A stretch of DNA of 64,000 nt from an uncultured Pelagibacteraceae bacterium. GTDB taxonomy: Bacteria > Pseudomonadota > Alphaproteobacteria > Pelagibacterales > AG-422-B15. Positions within the stretch are counted from its first letter, which is position 1. Each line of letters starts with the position of its first letter. Positions 1 to 8,174 of the stretch are shown piece after piece. The notes under the pieces were generated by a model. That model was not told the origin of the DNA and did no database searches. It was given only the letters and a program-made list of their open reading frames with translations. The position numbers and the translations under genes were made by a program. Location: NCBI GenBank assembly GCA_902519835.1, contig CABYLU010000005.1, forward strand, positions 5,384 through 69,383, written 5' to 3'.

Positions 1-1
1 A

Positions 2-265
2 CCACAACCTTCCTCTGACGAAATAGTTCCAAGCGATGATGAACTCGAAAGAATTGAACAAGAAAATTCTGAAATTGATATGATGAATGATATGGGGAAT
101 TCAGAGGCAAAAGAAGAGCCCACTTCACTGAGTGAACCCATGAATGTATCTGAGGTTGAGGAAGCTGAAGTGAGCACCATTGAAGCAGAAGAGATTTCAG
201 AAAGTATCGATACAGCTCCAGAAACTGATTCAGCAGTTCAAGAAGAAAACGATACAAAAGAATAG
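2..265 (+). CDS. C-terminal fragment of an acidic, low-complexity (E/D/S-rich) protein that continues from upstream of the window
   Basis: The frame of the listed 80..265 ORF is open back to position 2 (PQPSSDEIVPSDDELERIEQENSEID...). The stop is at 263-265. No recognisable domain. Confidence 0.4.
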   Translation, partial: PQPSSDEIVPSDDELERIEQENSEIDMMNDMGNSEAKEEPTSLSEPMNVSEVEEAEVSTIEAEEISESIDTAPETDSAVQEENDTKE

Positions 266-273
266 TAGCCGTC

Positions 274-1404
274 ATGAATTTTGATTTCTCAGATGATCAA
301 AAACTTTTACGTGATCAAGCAAGAAAATTTTTATTCGATAAGTGTGACCGTAAATCTGTAAGAACAATTCTTGACGACGATCAACTGCATTACCATAAAG
401 AACTATGGTCGCAAATATCTGAAATGGGTTGGACCGGAACTGCAATTCCAGAGGAATATGGTGGACTTGGTCTCGGTATGTTGGAACTATGCGTCATAGC
501 AGAAGAATTGGGAAGATCTCTAGCACCCACACCATTCTCATCCTCAATATATTTATTTGCAGAATTTATCAAAAACTATGGATCTGAAGATCAAAAGAAA
601 AAATTCTTACCTTTGATTGCATCAGGTGAAAAAATAGGCACGTTTGCCCTATCCGAAACAAATGGGACGCCAAAACCATCAAATGTAAAAACAGAATATT
701 CATCAGAAACAATTAATGGCTACAAATCACCTGTAAGTGATGGAGAAACTGCTGATTATCTAATAATTGCTGCCAACAGCGATAATAAAGGAAATAGAAA
801 TTCACTTTCATTATACATAGTTGATTTACATCAAGATGGAGTAAGCAAAACAAGCCTTGAAACAATTGATCCAACGCGACCTGCGTGCAGTATTAAATTT
901 GAAAATGTAAAAGCCGAATTGCTCGGTGAGCAAGGTATGGCATGGGATATGACAGAAAACATATTCAACAGAGCGGCAGTTTTGTATTCTTTTGAGCAAG
1001 TTGGAGGAGCGCAGGTTTCTCTGGATGAAGCAAAAAAGTATTCAATGGAAAGATTTGCTTTTGGAAGACAAATTGGTTCATTTCAGGCTTTGAAGCATAA
1101 AATGGCAGATATGTATGTTAAAATTGAACTAGCTAGATCAAATGCATACTATGGGGCATGGGCTTTGAGCACTGACTCTAATGAGTTGCCAGTTGCGGCA
1201 GCTGGCGCAAGAGTGAGCGCCTCTGATGCCTTCAATTATGCTGCAAAAGAGAATATTCAGATTCATGGAGGAGTTGGCTTTACCTGGGATTATGATTGCC
1301 ACTTGTTTTATCGTAGATCAAAACTACTTTCTTTAAATATTGGCAGTACAAGACAATGGAAAGAAAATTTAATTTCAAATCTTGAGAAAAGGAATATAGT
1401 TTAA
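274..1404 (+). CDS. Acyl-CoA dehydrogenase family protein (non-canonical, partner-type subunit)
   Basis: ACAD fold signatures are present: EYGGLGLG and C-terminal IQIHGGVGFTWDYDCHLFYRRSK. By-eye alignment shows no Glu at either the MCAD-type (YEGT) or the LCAD/IVD-type (xERL) catalytic-base position. Confidence 0.85.
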   Translation: MNFDFSDDQKLLRDQARKFLFDKCDRKSVRTILDDDQLHYHKELWSQISEMGWTGTAIPEEYGGLGLGMLELCVIAEELGRSLAPTPFSSSIYLFAEFIKNYGSEDQKKKFLPLIASGEKIGTFALSETNGTPKPSNVKTEYSSETINGYKSPVSDGETADYLIIAANSDNKGNRNSLSLYIVDLHQDGVSKTSLETIDPTRPACSIKFENVKAELLGEQGMAWDMTENIFNRAAVLYSFEQVGGAQVSLDEAKKYSMERFAFGRQIGSFQALKHKMADMYVKIELARSNAYYGAWALSTDSNELPVAAAGARVSASDAFNYAAKENIQIHGGVGFTWDYDCHLFYRRSKLLSLNIGSTRQWKENLISNLEKRNIV

Positions 1405-1406
1405 TT

Positions 1407-2690
1407 ATGGACTTTAATGATTCACAGCAAGAAGCTGCATTTAGAAAAGAAGCGAGGGACTTTCTTGAGGCAAATGCAGAAAAAAGATCAATAATTTCTG
1501 ATAAGCCTAGTGATAAAAGCCCTCAGATTGCTGTTGCAGGAGCTCCGGAAACAGTAAAGGGTGGCAAAGAAGCAGCTCAGGAGGCTTTAGAGCGAGCTAA
1601 AGTATGGCAAAAGAAGAAAGCTGAAGCAGGGTTTGCTGCTATTCTATGGCCAAAAGAGTTTGGTGGATATGGTGGATCGCCTATACAGCAAGTTATCTAT
1701 TCTCAAGAAGAACATGATTACTTGGTGCCTTCTGGTTATTTTGAAATTGGAATTGGTATGCTTGGCCCGACAATGATGGTGTGGGGTAAAGATGAAGATA
1801 AAAAAAGATATTTACCTAAAATGATCACAGGTGAAGAAATATGGTGCCAGCTTTTTTCAGAACCTTCAGCAGGATCAGATTTAGCTGGAATTAAAATGAA
1901 AGCTGAAAAGGATGGCGATGAGTGGGTTTTAAATGGGCAAAAAGTTTGGACATCTGGAGCGCACTTTGCTGATTATGGAATGATAGTTGCAAGATCAGAT
2001 CCATCTGCCTTAAAGCATAAAGGCCTTACTTATTTTTATCTAGATATGAAAACTCCTGGCATAGAAATAAGACCAATAAAGCAGATTTCAGGTACCTCAA
2101 ATTTTAACGAAGTTTTTTTCAATGATGTAAGAATCCCTGACAGTCAAAGACTGGGTGGAGAAGGTGAAGGCTGGAAAGTTGCGCTTACTACACTTATGAA
2201 TGAAAGACTAGCAGTTGGCGACCCTCCAGGACTTGATTTTGATCAAATATTTGAAGCGACTAAAGAACTAGAAGTTGAAGACGGTCTTGCAATCAAAAAT
2301 AGTGAAGTTAGACAGAAAATGGCCGACTGGTATGTTCAATCTCGCGGCTTGCAATATACAAAATTTAGAAGTATTACTGCTTTATCAAAAGGTCAGACAC
2401 CAGGTCCAGAGCTATCAATAAGCAAACTTGTTACAGCATCAAAAATGCAAGATGTGTCAGCTTATGCGCTTGAACTTATGGATTCTTCTGGAATGGTACA
2501 TCACGATCAAAACCCTGTATTAAAGAACTTATTTCAAAATGGATATTTTTTCTCTGCGGCAATGAGAATTGCTGGTGGTACAGATGAAGTTCTTCGTAAT
2601 ATTATTGCAGAACGAGTTCTTGGGTTACCACAAGACGAAAGAGCAGATAAAAAAGTTCCATTTAACGAACTTCCTTCTGGCAAAAACTAA
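1407..2690 (+). CDS. Acyl-CoA dehydrogenase
   Basis: Motifs WCQLFSEPSAGSDLAG, NGQKVWTSGA, GEGWKVALTTLMNERL (Glu at the LCAD/IVD-type position) and C-terminal AGGTDEVLRNIIAE. Starts 2 nt after the previous ACAD. Confidence 0.9.
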   Translation: MDFNDSQQEAAFRKEARDFLEANAEKRSIISDKPSDKSPQIAVAGAPETVKGGKEAAQEALERAKVWQKKKAEAGFAAILWPKEFGGYGGSPIQQVIYSQEEHDYLVPSGYFEIGIGMLGPTMMVWGKDEDKKRYLPKMITGEEIWCQLFSEPSAGSDLAGIKMKAEKDGDEWVLNGQKVWTSGAHFADYGMIVARSDPSALKHKGLTYFYLDMKTPGIEIRPIKQISGTSNFNEVFFNDVRIPDSQRLGGEGEGWKVALTTLMNERLAVGDPPGLDFDQIFEATKELEVEDGLAIKNSEVRQKMADWYVQSRGLQYTKFRSITALSKGQTPGPELSISKLVTASKMQDVSAYALELMDSSGMVHHDQNPVLKNLFQNGYFFSAAMRIAGGTDEVLRNIIAERVLGLPQDERADKKVPFNELPSGKN

Positions 2691-2697
2691 GCTCTAA

Positions 2698-3549
2698 GTG
2701 TTTACAACCATATTTAGTAATGTTGCCTCTGGCGACTTACTGTTTTCCGTAATGTTATTGGTTAGTACCGGTATTTTTGCTGGATTTATTGCAGGACTTT
2801 TTGGAATTGGAGGAGGTGTAGTTGTTGTACCTGCCCTCTACTACATCTACACACTGGCAGAGGTTGATGAAAGTATAAGGATGCACTTGGCTGTTGGAAC
2901 TTCCCTCGCAAATATTGTTCCAATTTCAATTATATCAGCCATAAACCATCATAGAAGAGGTTCAGTCAATTTAGATTTTTTAAAATTTATTTTTTTGTCA
3001 TTATTGATCGGAGTGATTTTTGGTTCGATAGCAGTATCATTTCTGGAAGGTAGCAGCCTAATACTAATTTATTCTATAATTTTATTTTTTGTTGCTCTTC
3101 AATTTTTCTTTTGGAAAGATGAATGGAGATTTGCTGATAAATTTCCAAACAATTTAAAAGGTCATGGTTATGGATCAACAATTGGTTTTTTATCTGTAAT
3201 AATAGGTGTTGGTGGTGGCTCGATAAGCATACCCATCTTAAAACTTTATAACTTCGATATACACCGTGCCATTGGAACTGCTGCAGGTATTGGAACAATA
3301 ATTGCTGTTCCTGGTACAATTGGTTTCATTCTAGCGGGAATTCAAAATAATGTATCGCTACCACTAACTTATGGATATGTAAGTTTAGTAGGTTTAATTT
3401 TAATAACGCCAATGACAATTATAGGCGCCCCTTTAGGAGTAAGATTTGCCCATTATCTTTCGAAAGGTAAATTAAGTTTTATTTTTGGTTTATTTATTTT
3501 ATTTATGTCCATTCGCTTCTTTATTGAATGGACATCATTGACATCATAG
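2698..3549 (+). CDS. TauE/SafE (DUF81) family membrane transporter
   Basis: Polytopic hydrophobic protein with duplicated GIGGG/GVGGG motifs (GLFGIGGGVVVVPAL; IIGVGGGSISIPIL). The GTG start is uncertain. Confidence 0.7.
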   Translation: MFTTIFSNVASGDLLFSVMLLVSTGIFAGFIAGLFGIGGGVVVVPALYYIYTLAEVDESIRMHLAVGTSLANIVPISIISAINHHRRGSVNLDFLKFIFLSLLIGVIFGSIAVSFLEGSSLILIYSIILFFVALQFFFWKDEWRFADKFPNNLKGHGYGSTIGFLSVIIGVGGGSISIPILKLYNFDIHRAIGTAAGIGTIIAVPGTIGFILAGIQNNVSLPLTYGYVSLVGLILITPMTIIGAPLGVRFAHYLSKGKLSFIFGLFILFMSIRFFIEWTSLTS

Positions 3550-5052
3550 TTTTTGGTCGTATTCTCCAACTTTACCAGTTTCATTTAAAAGTGCGTTAAT
3601 GTATTTGAAAATCACTTCAACTTCTTGGTTTGAAACAAGGCTCTCGATAACTATAACTAAAGATGGCTTATTTGATGACGCTCTGATTAATCCCCATGAA
3701 CCATTCGATAAACTGAATCTTATTCCATTTACTGTATTTGTTTCAACTATTTCACAATCAGCAACTTTTGTTTTATTTTTTTGGTCTGTAATTATTTTAT
3801 TTGTTATTTCGTCTACGACATCATATTTTTCTTCATCCTTGCAGAAAGGCGCCATAGTTGGAGATTGATAGGAAGTATTCAACTTTGAATATAATTCAGA
3901 CATACTCTTATTTTTATGGTGATCTAAATATTCAATCATCATAGAAGCTGATCTCAAACCATCGTCAAAGCCCAGTCCTAGAGGTTTACCAATGAAAAAA
4001 TGACCACTTTTTTCAAAACCACATAAAGCATTTATTTCATTAACCCGCCTTTTCATATGTGAGTGACCAGTCTTCCACATATCAACAGTGCAATTATTTT
4101 TTTTCAAAATCTCATTATTAAAAAATAAACCAGTCGACTTTACATCGATAACAAATTTTGAACTTGAATATTTCTCAGATAAATACTCTGCAAGCATTAA
4201 TCCTATTTTGTCAGAAAATATTTCATTACCTTCATTGTCCACAACCCCAAGACGATCGCCATCACCATCAAAAGCAAATCCTATATCTGCATTATTATCT
4301 TTTACACTTTTTGCAAGATCATTAAGCATTGTCAGATCTTCCGGATTAGGATTATAATTAGGAAATTTAAAATCTAAATTGCAATGCAATTCAATTACTT
4401 CACATCCAAGGCTTCTTAACAAATCAGGGGCAAATGCACCTGCAGTTCCATTACCACAAGCTAAAACAATTTTTAAATTTCTTTTTACTGATTGTGTGCC
4501 CTTTAGATATTTTAGATATGCATCACGAATACCTTTTTTAAACTCGTAACTTCCGTTATTTGATGGAATGTAATCATGACTATCTTTAGTAATAGTTTCT
4601 ATTTTTTTTATATCATCAGGACCAAATGTAAGTGATTTTTCAATTCCACACTTAATTCCTGTCCAACCATTTTCATTATGACTTGCAGTTATCATAGCAA
4701 GACTATCGGTATCTAAGTGATGTTGGGCAAAGTATACCATTGGCGATAAAGATAAACCAACATCGATTACTTTGAGACCGCTTGTCAATAACCCTTTTGC
4801 TAAATGATATTTTACCTCAGCGCTGTAGGATCTATAGTCTTGACCAATGACAATTGAAGAGCCTTGACCTTCAGAATTGCTTATATATTTTCCAAGGCTG
4901 TAACCAAATATTTCTAATCCTTTTTTGTTTATTTCCTCTGGATAAAGCCAACGTGCATCATACTCTCTAAACCCGTTTGGAGATATTTGAGCCTTGTCTA
5001 AACTTTCGTTAAAATCAAAAGAAAGAGGTTTTTGATTTTCAAAAATTTTCAT
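3544..5052 (-). CDS. Phosphomannomutase/phosphoglucomutase (alpha-D-phosphohexomutase)
   Basis: Active-site Ser loop ITASHNENGWTG, Mg loop FAFDGDGDRLGVVD and sugar loop GFEKSGHFF. Confidence 0.85.
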   Translation of the reverse strand: MKIFENQKPLSFDFNESLDKAQISPNGFREYDARWLYPEEINKKGLEIFGYSLGKYISNSEGQGSSIVIGQDYRSYSAEVKYHLAKGLLTSGLKVIDVGLSLSPMVYFAQHHLDTDSLAMITASHNENGWTGIKCGIEKSLTFGPDDIKKIETITKDSHDYIPSNNGSYEFKKGIRDAYLKYLKGTQSVKRNLKIVLACGNGTAGAFAPDLLRSLGCEVIELHCNLDFKFPNYNPNPEDLTMLNDLAKSVKDNNADIGFAFDGDGDRLGVVDNEGNEIFSDKIGLMLAEYLSEKYSSSKFVIDVKSTGLFFNNEILKKNNCTVDMWKTGHSHMKRRVNEINALCGFEKSGHFFIGKPLGLGFDDGLRSASMMIEYLDHHKNKSMSELYSKLNTSYQSPTMAPFCKDEEKYDVVDEITNKIITDQKNKTKVADCEIVETNTVNGIRFSLSNGSWGLIRASSNKPSLVIVIESLVSNQEVEVIFKYINALLNETGKVGEYDQKL

Positions 5053-5094
5053 TTTTTTCTTGCTTTGTAATTTCGAATATACAATAGTTTTAAT

Positions 5095-5243
5095 GTTGGT
5101 TCACGTAAAGTGAATAACAGGGAATAAGGTTTAAGGCCTTAACTGTACCCGCAACTGTAACTCTGGAATTTAAGTACAGATACCACTGATCAATCGGGAA
5201 GGTGTGCTTAAGTAGTGATGGAGAAGTCAGGAGACCTACCAAC
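5095..5243 (+). promoter_or_regulatory. Cobalamin (B12) riboswitch
   Basis: P1 arms GTTGGT (5095-5100) and ACCAAC (5238-5243). Conserved core strings AACAGGGAA, GGTTTAAGGCC, CTGTACCCGCAACTGTAA, CCACTG and GGGAAGG. B12 box AGTCAGGAGACCTACC at 5225-5240. Lies directly upstream of a TonB-dependent receptor. Confidence 0.85.
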
Positions 5244-5321
5244 AAAACATAGTCATCCACAGGTGATCGGGATAATCATTTGGACAATTTGTTTGCGGTG
5301 ACTTCAAACTGGAGGCAAATT

Positions 5322-7568
5322 ATGACTAAAAGATTATTTTTAATTTTAACATTATTACTAACACTTTCTTTCAAAATCTCAGCTGATGTTCCTGAAATTT
5401 TAATTAACCCAAAAAATGAAGAATATACTCGGCTTTCATCCGGTTTATCTGGATCAAACATAACAATTATTAGTAAGGAAGATTTAGCGTCACAGCATGG
5501 CAAAAATTTACCTCAGATTTTAGAAACATATTCTGGAATTGATGTACGTCGTCTTTATGATGGCGTTGGTGGGACCAACTCTTCATTGGACATTAGAGGA
5601 TTTGGTGAAGCCTCTAAATCTAATTCTTTAATTCTAGTTAATGGCATTCGTTTAAATGACATTGATATGTCTAATGTGAATTTATCCTACATACCCATTG
5701 ACTCAATTGAAAGGATTGAAATTATTAGAGGTGGATCTGCAGGAACATTATACGGCTCTGGCGTTATTGGAGGTGCAGTCAATATTGTTACTAAAAATGA
5801 TAATTTACAAAATCGTGGTGAACTCTCTTTTGGTTCATATAGCAGATTAGGTGCGGATTTTTCCTTAAGTAATTCATTTGGTGAAAAAGGAGTTATTTCT
5901 TTATCAGGAAGTGGCTTCAAAAGTGATACCTTTCGTGACGCAGGGGATTATTCAGACGAGAATTTTGTTTTAAATATAAAAAACACCATTGATCAAACAA
6001 AATTTAATCTAGACCTTTTTTCCTCGTATAGAGAACAAGATTTACCAGGTCCTCGAGTAAAAGGAGGGGCCGTGTATAATTATCATTTTTGCAATCGTTA
6101 TGAGGATAGTAAGACTGCAAAACATATTGGTGGTTCATTTGCAGCAAATGGAGATTCATGCAATTCAGAACAAAGAGATGATTATTCAAACTTAGAAAAT
6201 GAGAGAGTAAATTTAGGTATTGTTCACGAAATCGATAGCTTAAATAAAATCTTCCTGAATATAGGATATAAGAAAAAAAATGATAAAGCCTTTCTTGCTG
6301 CAAATGGTAATACTAAAGAAACTCCAAATGATGGCGATAGGTACTTGAATACTACAATAGATGGGAACATTTATAATGGTAGATACGAAGTTAGGAATAT
6401 AGATGAAAAGTTTACAAATATTTTGAATATTGGCCTTGACCATTCGCATAGTTTTTATGTTTCAAAACGACATAGAAAAGAAGATGAACAGGCAGGTCAA
6501 AATTATGATGCTGATCTTAAAGTTCAGTCTGTATACTTTCAGAATACGGTATATTTTAATGAAACAGATACTTCCTTGTCATTTGGATTTAGATCTGAAG
6601 AGTCTCAATTCGGTGCACGAGACGAGGTCGACAGGACAGTATCAGGCTTTGTTAATTCCTGGGATGCAACTGACCACGCTACGTATGATAACTCTAGTAC
6701 AAATCAAGCTTTAAACATTGGTGTAGAGAAAAAAATAGATAAGAACTTTTCAATCTATGGTAATTATTCTGAATCCTTTAGAATTCCAAATATTGATGAA
6801 AGAATATTGGCGACTACAAGTGGTTCATTTGAGCTCAAAGATCAGGAGTCAGATGGAATAGAGATAGGCGTTATTTACTCAAATGAAGTCGCAGATTTAA
6901 ATGTAAATTATTTTGACATTGATACTTTAAATGAAATTCAATACGACCAATCTGTAAATACAAATCTTGATCCAATTAAAAGAGAAGGTATAAATTTAGA
7001 TTTTGAGTTTAATCCAGATAATAAAAATAAATTTATGGGTTCGATAGGATATGTAAACGCTGAATTTACTGGAGGATCTTTATCTATGGGCACAGGTTCC
7101 TACGAATTTCTTGGAACAAGATATTACAACAATAATGAAACTTATGGATATTTAACAAATACTGCAATTAATTTTTTAGGATCAGATGGAACTGCAAATC
7201 AATCAATCGACTTAGCAGGTCGGAAAGTGCCTCTAGTTTCTCCATTGACTTATAATTTAAATTATATTCGACAAATAGATAATAATACTAATTTAAACTT
7301 AGGAATTAATTACACAGATAAAAAATATGTTTCTAATGATCAGGAAAATATTGAACCCCAAATTCCTGATTATTATATTGTCAATACTTCAATAAGTTCG
7401 AAAAACGGACCTTATAATTTATCATTTGGGATAAATAATGTCTTTGATGAGCAAGTCTTTGATTTTGCAGTTTCAAGCACTTTTCATGATGATGCTCACT
7501 ATGGGTTATCTAATGTATATCCATTACCTGATAGAAATGTATTCTTTAATTTTGGATATACTTTTTGA
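5322..7568 (+). CDS. btuB: TonB-dependent outer-membrane receptor, BtuB-like (vitamin B12 transporter candidate)
   Basis: ATG at 5322 is preceded by GGAGG (5311-5315). Signal peptide MTKRLFLILTLLLTLSFKISA. Plug-domain motifs IDVRRLYDG, LDIRGFG, ILVNGIRLND and IEIIRGGSAGTLYGSGVIGGAVNIVTK. C-terminal ...NFGYTF ends in an aromatic residue. The function call rests on the upstream B12 riboswitch. Confidence 0.85.
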   Translation: MTKRLFLILTLLLTLSFKISADVPEILINPKNEEYTRLSSGLSGSNITIISKEDLASQHGKNLPQILETYSGIDVRRLYDGVGGTNSSLDIRGFGEASKSNSLILVNGIRLNDIDMSNVNLSYIPIDSIERIEIIRGGSAGTLYGSGVIGGAVNIVTKNDNLQNRGELSFGSYSRLGADFSLSNSFGEKGVISLSGSGFKSDTFRDAGDYSDENFVLNIKNTIDQTKFNLDLFSSYREQDLPGPRVKGGAVYNYHFCNRYEDSKTAKHIGGSFAANGDSCNSEQRDDYSNLENERVNLGIVHEIDSLNKIFLNIGYKKKNDKAFLAANGNTKETPNDGDRYLNTTIDGNIYNGRYEVRNIDEKFTNILNIGLDHSHSFYVSKRHRKEDEQAGQNYDADLKVQSVYFQNTVYFNETDTSLSFGFRSEESQFGARDEVDRTVSGFVNSWDATDHATYDNSSTNQALNIGVEKKIDKNFSIYGNYSESFRIPNIDERILATTSGSFELKDQESDGIEIGVIYSNEVADLNVNYFDIDTLNEIQYDQSVNTNLDPIKREGINLDFEFNPDNKNKFMGSIGYVNAEFTGGSLSMGTGSYEFLGTRYYNNNETYGYLTNTAINFLGSDGTANQSIDLAGRKVPLVSPLTYNLNYIRQIDNNTNLNLGINYTDKKYVSNDQENIEPQIPDYYIVNTSISSKNGPYNLSFGINNVFDEQVFDFAVSSTFHDDAHYGLSNVYPLPDRNVFFNFGYTF

Positions 7569-7592
7569 AGCAGAGGAGTTATATATTAGCTA

Positions 7593-8111
7593 ATGCAGAT
7601 TAATAAAAAGATTATTTTTGGTATTACAATAGTATTCGTACTAGCATTAAGCAGAGTATTACCTCACCCACCGAATTTCACACCAATATTAGGAATGGCT
7701 TTTTTTGCAGGAGCCGTGTTTGATAAAAAAATTTATTCATATTGTATTCCAATCTTAGCTATGTTGATCAGTGATTTATATTTAGGTTTTCACGCTGGTA
7801 TGCCAATAATTTATTTTGCTATTTGCGTGTGTATATTGATTGGTACTTTTTTTCACTCAAAATTGAATCTAACTACTTCATTTTTAGGAATTAGTGCAGG
7901 TGTAGTATCTTTTTATTTAATATCAAATTTTGCTGTTTGGTATGGATCAGGAATGTATGCTTTTGATTTGAATGGACTAATCACTTGCTACATAATAGCC
8001 CTACCATTTTTGCAAAATACATTTTTATCAAGCATTTTCTATGGTATGGCCGCTTGTGTATTATATTTAATGGCTGATAAACATCTAAAATTTAGCGCAA
8101 AACAGGCTTAA
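7593..8111 (+). CDS. Small (172 aa, ~6 TM) integral membrane protein; candidate inner-membrane cobalamin transporter (BtuM/ECF-S-component-like)
   Basis: Lies 24 nt downstream of the riboswitch-controlled receptor on the same strand. Motif LPHPPNFTPI, with Cys78 and Cys80 in AICVCILIG. Confidence is for the CDS; the function is inference. Confidence 0.6.
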   Translation: MQINKKIIFGITIVFVLALSRVLPHPPNFTPILGMAFFAGAVFDKKIYSYCIPILAMLISDLYLGFHAGMPIIYFAICVCILIGTFFHSKLNLTTSFLGISAGVVSFYLISNFAVWYGSGMYAFDLNGLITCYIIALPFLQNTFLSSIFYGMAACVLYLMADKHLKFSAKQA

Positions 8112-8118
8112 AAGAATA

Positions 8119-8147
8119 TTGAAAAGCTTTTTTTTTAACATTATATA
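8119..8147 (+). promoter_or_regulatory. Possible sigma70-like promoter (TTGAAA-17-TATATA) for the second ACAD pair
   Basis: Hexamers at 8119-8124 and 8142-8147. AGGAG RBS at 8165-8169. Such matches are common by chance in AT-rich DNA. Confidence 0.25.
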
Positions 8148-8174
8148 AATATAAATACAATTTTAGGAGATTCT

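Noticed and set aside
5280-5321. The TTG start at 5280 given by the ORF track for the TonB-dependent receptor.
   Set aside because: The ATG at 5322 has GGAGG 6 nt upstream and begins a textbook signal peptide. The extra 14 residues would lie in the riboswitch expression platform.
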